DNA from: a virus
Lineage: Duplodnaviria; Caudoviricetes
IMG/VR virus record: IMGVR_UViG_3300011441_000013
Coordinates: 1-54,528 of that record
Reading direction: 5' to 3' (one strand)
DNA: 54,528 nucleotides
Shown: positions 17,487-25,473 of the stretch, in pieces
Layout: the number at the start of each line of letters is the position of its first letter
Position numbering within the stretch: position 1 is the first letter of the stretch
Notes under the pieces: generated by a model
Told to the model about the DNA's origin: nothing
The model's database searches: none
Seen by the model: only the letters and a program-made list of their open reading frames with translations
Made by a program: the position numbers and the translations under genes

Positions 17487-18046
17487 GGATCAAAGGCCCT
17501 GTCTTTCCTTCGTTCGAGGATGCGGCTGGACCTTCGCGGCGCATGCACAAGCAGTGGACGCCTGGGAGTCACAGTCCGAACAAGCTGCTGCGAAACCTGC
17601 GGCAACAATGCCGCGAGATCCTCGACTCGAATGACCATCAGATCATCTCAGTCGGTGACAGGGTCATCAGGATGTGCTTGAACGAACCGCAGCCTGAGTG
17701 GTCCGCGCTTCACCTCATGGCCACGGCGCTCAAGATCTCCAAGGAGGAGAAGCTCCCTTGGACGACGTGCATGTTGGTGATCTTGGACAAGTATGAACTG
17801 GTCGACAGAGAATCGAGGGAGGAAGATGCCACGCCAAGCGGAAGAGATCAAGGTGGTTCACGCATCCGCGGACTACTACGAAGCATTGTGCCGCGCGCGC
17901 TTCGTAAAGGCGATGCGCCTGCTTCAGTCGCAGACAAGCCTCAGCGCGCTGGCTATGGCGTTGGTCAGCGTGCGTCGGGGTTCGAACCTAGTGGATCGCG
18001 CCGAGATCATCAAGGCGTTGGAACCAATGAAGCATGTCATGATTGA
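17483..18046 (+). CDS. Hypothetical protein (C-terminal ~73 codons overlap the next gene)
   Basis: ATGA-coupled start; globular N-terminal ~110 aa. Confidence 0.5.
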   Translation: MRIKGPVFPSFEDAAGPSRRMHKQWTPGSHSPNKLLRNLRQQCREILDSNDHQIISVGDRVIRMCLNEPQPEWSALHLMATALKISKEEKLPWTTCMLVILDKYELVDRESREEDATPSGRDQGGSRIRGLLRSIVPRALRKGDAPASVADKPQRAGYGVGQRASGFEPSGSRRDHQGVGTNEACHD

Positions 18047-18104
18047 TGCATTCATGCGCGGTGGCAAGCTTGGCGCCGATCATTTGAAGAAGGCACTTGG
18101 CTAA
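17826..18104 (+). CDS. Hypothetical protein, possibly the split N-terminal part of the head morphogenesis protein
   Basis: GGAGG RBS; helical; overlaps the gpF-like start. Confidence 0.6.
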   Translation: MPRQAEEIKVVHASADYYEALCRARFVKAMRLLQSQTSLSALAMALVSVRRGSNLVDRAEIIKALEPMKHVMIDAFMRGGKLGADHLKKALG

Positions 18105-18669
18105 ATCACCGATTCGCTTTCGCTTTGATGACAAGGCGGCCGCCGCCGTCAAAGCCGCCGAGAAGATGGCGGCGAAGATGATCGTCGAGATCAGCAAGGA
18201 GACGGAAAAGGCGATTCGTAATTTGATCGCTACTGCCATTCGCACCGGCATCCCGCCCGCAGAGGCGGCGCGCACCATTCGTCCCTTGATCGGATTGACG
18301 TCGGCGCAAGGCCAGGCGGTGATGAAGTATCGCGAGCAGCTGATCGAGTCTGGTCTCAGCAGAGAAGTGATCGACAAGAAGGTGGACAGATACGCTGCTG
18401 AAAAGCTCGTTGAGCGTGGCGACAACATCGCTCGCACGGAGATCCTCGATGCGCTCAACGAGGGTCAAAAGGAAGCGTGGGAACAGGCACAGGATGCTGG
18501 GCTGCTCTCCGAGAACGCCACCAAGGAAGTCATACTGGCGGTCGATCCTTGTGAGATCTGTGAAGGCATCGCCGCCGAAGGCCCGGTGCCAATCAGTCAA
18601 GACTTTAGTGAAGAAGGACCACCGTTTCATCCCCGATGTCGTTGCACGATTGCGATTGGAACACCATGA
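18097..18669 (+). CDS. Minor head/head morphogenesis protein (Mu gpF/SPP1 gp7-like)
   Basis: IARTE...A.NEG, CEIC, PPFHPRCRCT. Confidence 0.85.
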   Translation: MAKSPIRFRFDDKAAAAVKAAEKMAAKMIVEISKETEKAIRNLIATAIRTGIPPAEAARTIRPLIGLTSAQGQAVMKYREQLIESGLSREVIDKKVDRYAAEKLVERGDNIARTEILDALNEGQKEAWEQAQDAGLLSENATKEVILAVDPCEICEGIAAEGPVPISQDFSEEGPPFHPRCRCTIAIGTP

Positions 18670-18866
18670 AGCGTGGACGACCGATGAAGTCCGAAGCATC
18701 GAAGTTGAGCGAGCGGGTCACGTTCGCCTTGACGAAGGAGGAGACGGACCAGCTCATCCGTAGAGCGCGGAAGGACCGGATGGATGTTGGTCCTTGGATC
18801 CGTAACCAATTGAAGCACTTAGGGATTTTGGTATCCCGAAAATACAAAACCCAGCAACCTGTGTAA
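18666..18866 (+). CDS. Ribbon-helix-helix-type DNA-binding protein
   Basis: KRGRP...RVTFALTKEETDQLIRRARKDRMDVGPWIRNQL. Confidence 0.65.
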   Translation: MKRGRPMKSEASKLSERVTFALTKEETDQLIRRARKDRMDVGPWIRNQLKHLGILVSRKYKTQQPV

Positions 18867-18870
18867 TAGT
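18855..18870 (+). promoter_or_regulatory. Possible promoter of the scaffold/capsid operon
   Basis: CAACCTGTGT-AATAGT resembles the 2378/5712 motif; imperfect IR TTTTGGTAT...ATACAAAA just upstream. Confidence 0.35.
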
Positions 18871-18883
18871 GAGGAGCGTTCCC

Positions 18884-19711
18884 ATGCCAGCACTCGTCCC
18901 AGTCGTCGACAGACTCGAAGATGCCCCAGAAGCCGCGCGAACGTTCTACGTCGCGAGGGAAGGCAAGTTTCACCTCGAACTGAACGGCGCTCCCGTTGGA
19001 TTCGTTCCAGCGGCGGACCTCGCTGTCGCGAATGGTCGTGTGGTGGAGTTCCGCGACAACAACGTCGCGCTCACCAAGAAGGTCGCGGACCTTGAGCCTA
19101 TCGTCGCCAAGTTCAAGGACATCGATCCGGAGAAGGCGCGCGAAGCCCTCGCCGCTCAGGCTGCACTCGCCGCGAAGGGCATCACGAAGCCAGATGACGT
19201 CGCTGCAGCCATCAAGTCGGCGGTCGATGCCAGCATGGCAGCGCACGTGAAGCCACTGCAGGATCAACTGACGTTGGTGACGACGACTGCTGTCGCTGAA
19301 CGGAAGCGTGCGGATGAAGGCACGCTACGGAGCGCGCTGTCGGACAAGTTCAACAAGGCTGGCGGCAAGCCGGAAACGTTTGACTTTGTCTTTGGCAAGG
19401 CGCAGTCCACGTTTGGCGTCACTGATGGCGTCGTCAAGGCTGCAGCGAATCAGTTCAGCGCTGACAGGCCGAGCGAGCCACTTTCGATCGACGAGTGGAT
19501 GACGCGGCAGATCAAAGAGACGCCGTGGGCGTTCAAGGAGTCGGGTGGCGGCGGCGCAGCACCTGCTGGCGGTGGTGCTGGTGGTGCTGGCGGCGGTCGT
19601 CCTGGCGTATCCATCTTGAAGGATCCGACGCCGCAGCAGCTCGGCGACCCCGCGAATTCTGCCGCCATCAAGGCTGGTAAGATGCGGGTGGAATACAGTC
19701 AGCAGGCGTAG
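18884..19711 (+). CDS. Capsid scaffolding protein
   Basis: GAGGAG RBS; FY...EGKFHL, EFRDNN, coiled coil, F..SGGGGA Gly-rich tail; precedes coat gene. Confidence 0.8.
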   Translation: MPALVPVVDRLEDAPEAARTFYVAREGKFHLELNGAPVGFVPAADLAVANGRVVEFRDNNVALTKKVADLEPIVAKFKDIDPEKAREALAAQAALAAKGITKPDDVAAAIKSAVDASMAAHVKPLQDQLTLVTTTAVAERKRADEGTLRSALSDKFNKAGGKPETFDFVFGKAQSTFGVTDGVVKAAANQFSADRPSEPLSIDEWMTRQIKETPWAFKESGGGGAAPAGGGAGGAGGGRPGVSILKDPTPQQLGDPANSAAIKAGKMRVEYSQQA

Positions 19712-19723
19712 AGCCTGGGCTGG

Positions 19724-19880
19724 CTTGATCTCTGACGTCTGCGGGGTTCGGTGAATCCCGCAGGCGTGCTCCGGTGGAGCGGGGTCAAGTAAATAGATGA
19801 GGACGGCGTCCAGTGGACGCGTGTCCTGGCCATCCTCGGCGGGGATGTGACCCGGCTTCGGTGAAGTCGCTTGGTGACAC
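19724..19880 (+). ncRNA. Structured cis-RNA: five hairpins with C-RGY-G apices upstream of the major capsid gene
   Basis: Apices CGGTG (19749, 19772, 19859), CAGTG (19811), CGGCG (19837); enclosing stem 19724-32/19781-89; G-U pairs favour the + strand. Confidence 0.7.
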
Positions 19881-19910
19881 GGAACCTGTTATCAAGAGGA
19901 GACTGCACAC

Positions 19911-21059
19911 ATGGCCGGAGCAATTGTCACAACCAACATCTTGGGCACCACCGTCTCGATGGGTCTCGCGACCCTTCGTGAGAGGCTGGCGCTCGTCCAC
20001 ATTGCCAACAAGGATTACGAGCAGGAGATCACGGCGGCGAAGCGCTTCGCCACGGTGAACATCACCATTCCTGCCGTGGTCGCAACGCGAGCCGTCACGC
20101 CCGACGTGGTTCCGCCTGCGGTTACCGCCGTCACACCGACGTCCGTTCCGCTCCAGTTGACGGAGTGGCGAGAGGCGCCGTTCGCGATGGATGACAAGGG
20201 GCTGTCCCAGGTCGATCGCGGCATCCTGCCGATGCAGGCGGCCGAGGCGTCGAAGGGGCTCGCGAACTACATCGAAGACTTCCTGTGGGGCAAGCTGGCG
20301 CTCAAGATCTATGGCTACGCCGGCACCGCGCTGGTCACGCCGTTCTCCACGGATCTGTCTGCTTATCTTGATGCTCGCGCGATCGCGAACCGTCAGCTGA
20401 TGGACATGGAACCACGCTTCGCCGTGCTCGACACAAATGCAGAGGCGAACGCCCTCGGGCTTCGCGCCTTCCAAGATGCGAGCTTCGGCGGCGGCACGGA
20501 CGTTATCATCAATGGTCAGATCGGCCGCAAGCTGGGCGCACTCTGGCTGATGTCGCAGCGTGTGCCGACTCACGTCGGTGGCACATACACCACGGGCACG
20601 ACGGTCACGGGCGTGAATGCGATCGGCGCAACGGTCATCGCTCTCTCTGGCGGTGCGACCGGCACGCTCATCGCGGGTGACATCATCGGGATCGGCGCCT
20701 ACACCTACAACGTCGTGAGTTCCGTTGGTGGTGCGACGCCGTCCTCGGTGACCATCACGCCTGGGCTGTTCGCAGCCACTGCGGGCGGCGAGGCCATCGT
20801 TGGCCGAAACAGCGGCAACAACTCGTTCGTCGCGAACATCCTCATTCAGCGTGATTGTCTCGGCTTCGCGATGGCGCCACTGCTCGACACCGAACAGGTG
20901 CCAGGCGCGACGCTGCAGGCAATTGCGATCGATGAGATCAGTGGCTTGGCTCTCCGACTGGAAGTCAGCCGTCAGTACAAGCAGACGCAGTGGGCGTATG
21001 ACGCGCTCTTCGGAGCGACTGTCGTCCGTGACAACGCGGCTGTCTGGATCGCCGGCTAG
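19911..21059 (+). CDS. Major capsid protein, P22 coat-protein family
   Basis: AGAGGAG RBS; N.DYE, TVNITIP, GLALRL...RQYKQ..W.YD.LFG; position after scaffold. Confidence 0.88.
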   Translation: MAGAIVTTNILGTTVSMGLATLRERLALVHIANKDYEQEITAAKRFATVNITIPAVVATRAVTPDVVPPAVTAVTPTSVPLQLTEWREAPFAMDDKGLSQVDRGILPMQAAEASKGLANYIEDFLWGKLALKIYGYAGTALVTPFSTDLSAYLDARAIANRQLMDMEPRFAVLDTNAEANALGLRAFQDASFGGGTDVIINGQIGRKLGALWLMSQRVPTHVGGTYTTGTTVTGVNAIGATVIALSGGATGTLIAGDIIGIGAYTYNVVSSVGGATPSSVTITPGLFAATAGGEAIVGRNSGNNSFVANILIQRDCLGFAMAPLLDTEQVPGATLQAIAIDEISGLALRLEVSRQYKQTQWAYDALFGATVVRDNAAVWIAG

Positions 21060-21072
21060 TCCGAAACGTGAT

Positions 21073-21110
21073 GGGGCGATCCAAATTCCTGGATCGCCCC
21101 CTCCTCTTTC
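21073..21110 (+). terminator. Hairpin after the capsid gene (terminator/attenuator)
   Basis: GGGGCGATCCA-AATTCC-TGGATCGCCCC followed by a pyrimidine run. Confidence 0.65.
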
Positions 21111-21139
21111 ATCAGTGCTTCATTAAAGGAGACACGTTC

Positions 21140-21604
21140 ATGGGCGACACTCGGAATTATCCAGAAGGACGCGGAGTGGTCAAGGCTCGCTATATCAAGG
21201 ATGTCTTGGTTACGTTCGGCATCGCGCAGATGGCGCGAACGCGACTCACGACGGCTCAGGTCAATGCTGGTGCCACTTTGCTTCCGGCTCTCCCTGGCGT
21301 CAAATGGCGGCTGCTCGATTGGGCGATGATTGCGATCGGCGGTGCAGCGACAACGGCAACGTCCATCAACATTCAAGGAACGCGCGCTGCTGCAACGGTG
21401 CAGCTTGCTGCTACCGCCGTCGCTGCGCTGACGCAGAGTGCTCACGTTCGAGCAGGTGCCGCCAACGCTGTGATCTTGGCCGACGGCGCATCGTTCACGC
21501 AGCTTGATGCAAACACCGCGGTTCGCGGTATCACCGTTGGCGCCGCCATGACCGTGGCGACTGCGATCGACTTCTTGCTCAACTACGTGGCTGACCCGGC
21601 CTAG
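21140..21604 (+). CDS. Putative head decoration/cement protein
   Basis: AAGGAG RBS; Ala/Thr-rich beta protein directly after the coat gene. Confidence 0.6.
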   Translation: MGDTRNYPEGRGVVKARYIKDVLVTFGIAQMARTRLTTAQVNAGATLLPALPGVKWRLLDWAMIAIGGAATTATSINIQGTRAAATVQLAATAVAALTQSAHVRAGAANAVILADGASFTQLDANTAVRGITVGAAMTVATAIDFLLNYVADPA

Positions 21605-21608
21605 TAAC

Positions 21609-22136
21609 ATGCCGGTCTCCACGCTGGTAACAACAGCTGGTTCGGCGAGCGCCAACGCTTACTGCGACCTGGCGTTCGCCGAGCAATACCAGCTCGATCG
21701 GCCTGCGGTTGGCACCACTTGGTCGGCGGCTACCGCAGATCAAAAGAATGCATCTATCCTTTGGGCGACCAAGTTGATGGATGCATTGTGGATCTGGGAG
21801 GGGTTCCCAACTGATGCGATTCAGGCGCTGCTCTGGCCTAGACATGGCATCTTGAAGCTCAACGGATGGGAGTATGTCGACATACATACGATCCCTGTAG
21901 AGCTTCAGCGTGCGACAGCAGAGTATGCTCGACAACTCTTGGCGAGTGACTTGGCCGGCACCTCTGACATCGAGACGTTGAAGATCACGTCGATGAAGGC
22001 AGGCCCGGTGGCATTTTCGTTTGGTTCTGGCGTTACAGCGAAGCCTGTTCCGGACACGGTGTTTACGTTGATCCCGCCGTCATGGGGTTATCCGCGTGGA
22101 CGCAACATGGGAGTTCGACCGTTGGTGAGGGCATGA
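21609..22136 (+). CDS. Head-tail adaptor, DnaT-like family
   Basis: ANAYC...A..Y, W...T.DQK..SI..AT...D, QALLWPR, IP.EL..A..E.A. Confidence 0.85.
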   Translation: MPVSTLVTTAGSASANAYCDLAFAEQYQLDRPAVGTTWSAATADQKNASILWATKLMDALWIWEGFPTDAIQALLWPRHGILKLNGWEYVDIHTIPVELQRATAEYARQLLASDLAGTSDIETLKITSMKAGPVAFSFGSGVTAKPVPDTVFTLIPPSWGYPRGRNMGVRPLVRA

Positions 22137-22576
22137 TGATCAGAACCTCAATCGCTCGTAGAACAACGAACGTCACTTCAGGCCAAGCGGCGCTTGAGAT
22201 TTTGGCTGGAACCAAAGGTTGCTTCTTGCGTGAGTTGCATATCATCTTGGCAGCAGCGACTGCAAGCACCTACGGTTTCGGTCGTCCTGCGGCAAAAGGC
22301 ATCACGCCAACGACGCCTGTAACCAATCTTCTGGAAGGTCCAGGATTTGGCGTCAAGGTAGCTGAGGTAAAGACGGCACTTGCGTGGGGCACCGGACCAA
22401 CAATTCCATCGGAGTTCTATCGTCGGGTTGGTTTTCCTGCAACGATCGCTTCTTTCGTTTTGTGGGAGTTTCCTGGACAGGGATTGTTCATTCCTGCCAA
22501 CGGTTCCATGGTGATTTGGAACTTGGCGCTGAACGGCGTCGTCGACGCCAACCTCGTGACGGAAGAATTGCTGTAG
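22133..22576 (+). CDS. Hypothetical structural protein
   Basis: ATGA-coupled; neck region. Confidence 0.6.
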   Translation: MMIRTSIARRTTNVTSGQAALEILAGTKGCFLRELHIILAAATASTYGFGRPAAKGITPTTPVTNLLEGPGFGVKVAEVKTALAWGTGPTIPSEFYRRVGFPATIASFVLWEFPGQGLFIPANGSMVIWNLALNGVVDANLVTEELL

Positions 22577-22582
22577 AGCATC

Positions 22583-22939
22583 ATGAGTCTTTTGGGCGGT
22601 CTCGTAGCGGTGGCGAACAGCTTGACTCAGAGTCTTGGGTTGCAGGCTGACGTTACCTATCGTCGCTATCTGCATTCGGATGGTGCAGGCAAGCGGTTCT
22701 ACGAAGCAGGCGTCGTTCGTAGAGCCATCTACATGCGCGACGTGAAGAAGGTGATGACGTTTTCTGGCGAGCTTGCGGTCAGCAATGCTCAGGTTGTGTT
22801 TCTGGATCCGACGATCATCAATGAATTCGATGAGATTGTTTTGCCGAGCGGAATGACGCAACCGATCATCGGCACAAGCGCGTTTGTCGATGTCAGCAAC
22901 GGACCGATCTTGACTGAGATCTTCTTGGGCGGAAAGTGA
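22583..22939 (+). CDS. Putative head closure protein
   Basis: Size, position, DGAGK..Y and D.I.LPSG motifs. Confidence 0.65.
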   Translation: MSLLGGLVAVANSLTQSLGLQADVTYRRYLHSDGAGKRFYEAGVVRRAIYMRDVKKVMTFSGELAVSNAQVVFLDPTIINEFDEIVLPSGMTQPIIGTSAFVDVSNGPILTEIFLGGK

Positions 22940-23328
22940 GATCGCTGATGCCAAGCATCTTCCGTGGCGCCGATAATGCCATCAGAGACATCAAGAAGCT
23001 CCGTCTGTTTGCACCTGACGAGTTCGGTCGCGCTCTCTATCAAGAGGGACAGATTGAGCTGAAGGAAGTCAAGCGGAGCACTCCTGTCAAGACGGGGGCC
23101 CTTCGTGCGAGTGAGGGCATCACCCAACCGCAGCGGCAAGGACGCCGGATTTGGGTTGAGATCTTTGCTGGCGGGCCCTCGGTCACGTATGCCTTCATTG
23201 TGCATGAGGATCTCGAAGCGTTTCATGCGGCAGGTGAAGCGAAGTATATCGAGCGTCCATTGACCGAGAGCGCGCCGCATCTGCCGGCTCGCATCGCTGC
23301 ACGGATCAACTTGAACAGGGCGCTATGA
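22936..23328 (+). CDS. HK97 gp10-like neck/tail completion protein
   Basis: TPVKTGALRAS, YAFIVHE, AKYIERP. Confidence 0.8.
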   Translation: MRSLMPSIFRGADNAIRDIKKLRLFAPDEFGRALYQEGQIELKEVKRSTPVKTGALRASEGITQPQRQGRRIWVEIFAGGPSVTYAFIVHEDLEAFHAAGEAKYIERPLTESAPHLPARIAARINLNRAL

Positions 23329-23329
23329 G

Positions 23330-23758
23330 ATGGCGAGCACATTTGTTCCGGATCTCATCGTCTTGCTTGAGGGAGCAGGGCTCGGACTTGCATACGGGAC
23401 GAACCTCTTCGAGGGTTCGAAAGTTGTGCTTCCAGATGGCGTTGGTCCTTTCGTCTCGATCATTCGTACTGGCGGGTTGGGTGCTGAAGGGACTCACAAT
23501 TCCCCTGACGTGCCTGCTTATGAGCGTCCGACTGCTCAGCTCGTTGTCAGAGCATTGGACTACAAGGCCGCTGAAGCATTGGCTGACGTCATCTATGCGT
23601 TGTTCTATGGCATCGGCAATCAGAAGATCAACGGAACGTGGTGGCGTGAACTTAATCCACGCTCTGAACCGTTCGACTTGCCGCCCGATGAGAAGGGGCG
23701 GCCAAGGTTCGCATTCAATCTTGACTGTGTGAAGAGAGTTTCACCCGCTACGAGCTAA
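23330..23758 (+). CDS. Tail terminator (minor capsid 3-like)
   Basis: TGG, P..Q..VRA.DY..A, DEKGRPRF.FN. Confidence 0.75.
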   Translation: MASTFVPDLIVLLEGAGLGLAYGTNLFEGSKVVLPDGVGPFVSIIRTGGLGAEGTHNSPDVPAYERPTAQLVVRALDYKAAEALADVIYALFYGIGNQKINGTWWRELNPRSEPFDLPPDEKGRPRFAFNLDCVKRVSPATS

Positions 23759-23770
23759 GGAGATAGCTAC

Positions 23771-24271
23771 ATGCCTGCTACAGTAACGTCGAAGCTCATC
23801 GTCAGTCTCACGTCAATCCTGGCCGATGCCAAGGGATTGGCCTCCGCACAGGCCTCGATTGAAACGGGGATCAACAAGGCCTTGGCGTCTGGCACTGGCG
23901 CCGATCAGTGCGATCGCGTCTATTCCGAGAACGACAAGTCGATCTCGGTCGCCTATGATCTTGACCTGTCGGGTGCGCTCCTTGACGCCTTCGGCGTGGC
24001 AGCGGTCTTCGCGAAGGTGAGGGCGGTGATCGTTGTCGCGGATCCGCTCAACACTGGCAACATCGTCATCGGAGGTGATGCCGCGGCCTTCCTGATGGGC
24101 TTCGGTGCTGTTGCGCATACCTTCTTCGTGCCGCCCGGCGGTGTGTTCCTGGCGTTCGCGCCAGCTGCGGCGGGCTACGCTGTCGTGGCAGGGACGGGCG
24201 ACATCCTGCAATTCGCTCCCTCGGCGGGAACGCAGGTGTTCGACTTCGCCATTCTCGGGACTAGCGTCTAA
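23771..24271 (+). CDS. Hypothetical structural protein
   Basis: AAGGAG RBS; GTGADQ.D, DLDLSG.L.DAFG....FAKVRA. Confidence 0.65.
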   Translation: MPATVTSKLIVSLTSILADAKGLASAQASIETGINKALASGTGADQCDRVYSENDKSISVAYDLDLSGALLDAFGVAAVFAKVRAVIVVADPLNTGNIVIGGDAAAFLMGFGAVAHTFFVPPGGVFLAFAPAAAGYAVVAGTGDILQFAPSAGTQVFDFAILGTSV

Positions 24272-24322
24272 CGGGTGGGTGGTCGTCCAACGAGCAGTTC
24301 TATAACCTGAGGAGATACTTTC

Positions 24323-24736
24323 ATGTCGAATGCCGTCACAGCAACAGGGATTCTGATCAAGAGGGCCCCGTTTGCGACGCCTACCGCCTTTGTGACAATC
24401 GGGGAGATCACCGAGATCGATCCGGGCGGCATGTCTCGCAACAAGATCGAAACGTCGACGCACAACGATGGTTCGGAGAGCCACATTCTGGGCATCCTGC
24501 GCCAGTCCGATCCGACGTTCAAGATCAACTACGTTGCCGCCGATGCCAGCCACATCAATCTTCTGGCTGACATGGCGAACAACGTCAAGAACGCCTGGCA
24601 GATCCTGTTCCCCTCCGGCAAGACGCGGACGGGATTCGGGTATGTCCAGCAGTTCAAGTTCGACCCCGCGCCGGTCGACGCCAAGCAGGGTGCATCGCTC
24701 GCGATCACCTGGGCAGGTCCGGTCACCGAGGCGTAG
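24323..24736 (+). CDS. Major tail tube protein (siphovirus type)
   Basis: IGEIT.I, IETSTH, I.G, F.INY, W.I.FP.G....F.YV; precedes the chaperones. Confidence 0.85.
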   Translation: MSNAVTATGILIKRAPFATPTAFVTIGEITEIDPGGMSRNKIETSTHNDGSESHILGILRQSDPTFKINYVAADASHINLLADMANNVKNAWQILFPSGKTRTGFGYVQQFKFDPAPVDAKQGASLAITWAGPVTEA

Positions 24737-24769
24737 TAAGTCAACCAGTCGTAACAAAGGAGAGAGCCA

Positions 24770-25126
24770 ATGCCCCAGACATTGCTCTCTGCGGCCCAGA
24801 TCATTGCCGCAGAGGATCTATCGCATGAGGATCTTGAGATCTCCGAGTGGGGAGGAACGATTCGTCTTCAGCAGATGACCGCTGAAGAGTCAATTGCGTT
24901 CACCAAGGAGCTGAAAGAGGTCAACGCGACGTACGGCTACGACGTCGGCATGTTCTTGATGCTGATTCACTCCGCGCGGGATCTCAAAGGCAATCGGATC
25001 TTCACGGTGGACGACCTGCCAGCGCTCAAGAAAAAGAGCATCGCCGTCTTGATGCATCTTCAGCGCAAAGCGCTGGCATTGAATCGTGCGGGTTACTCTG
25101 AAGAGGTGGCCCTAAAAAAGGGCTAG
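24770..25126 (+). CDS. Tail assembly chaperone (gpG-like)
   Basis: EWGGTI..Q.MT; ends at slippery site CTA AAA AAG GGC TAG. Confidence 0.85.
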   Translation: MPQTLLSAAQIIAAEDLSHEDLEISEWGGTIRLQQMTAEESIAFTKELKEVNATYGYDVGMFLMLIHSARDLKGNRIFTVDDLPALKKKSIAVLMHLQRKALALNRAGYSEEVALKKG

Positions 25127-25152
25127 AGCGGGGCGGCGATCGCCGCTTCGCT
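25114..25152 (+). promoter_or_regulatory. Programmed -1 frameshift signal
   Basis: A AAA AAG heptamer 25114-25120 and hairpin AGCGGGGCGGC-GATC-GCCGCTTCGCT starting 6 nt downstream. Confidence 0.85.
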
Positions 25153-25473
25153 TACCGCCTTGCGCGGCGACTCGGGTTTCTGGACGTGGATGCGATGCTT
25201 GCATCCATACCAGCGTGGAAGTTTACCGAGTGGAAGATATTCGAGGATCTCGATCCAGACTTGCCGTATCGTGTTGATTGGGGCTTGGCACACGTTGTTC
25301 AAGCCATCATGCGAAACGGCAAGCAACTGAAGGAGTTCATGTTGCCATTCGGCGATTCAGACGCCACTGGCATCATACCTCAAACGATCGAGTATCAAGA
25401 GATGGTGATCGACGCGTGGGTGAAGACGAACAATGCGATCGTGAAGCGAAGAGAGGGCGCTGGTAGTGGCTGA
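25120..25473 (+). CDS. gpT-like -1 frame extension of the tail chaperone
   Basis: The -1 frame reads GLERGGDRRFAYRLARRLGFLDVDAML...FTEW without a stop. Confidence 0.8.
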   Translation, partial: GLERGGDRRFAYRLARRLGFLDVDAMLASIPAWKFTEWKIFEDLDPDLPYRVDWGLAHVVQAIMRNGKQLKEFMLPFGDSDATGIIPQTIEYQEMVIDAWVKTNNAIVKRREGAGSG

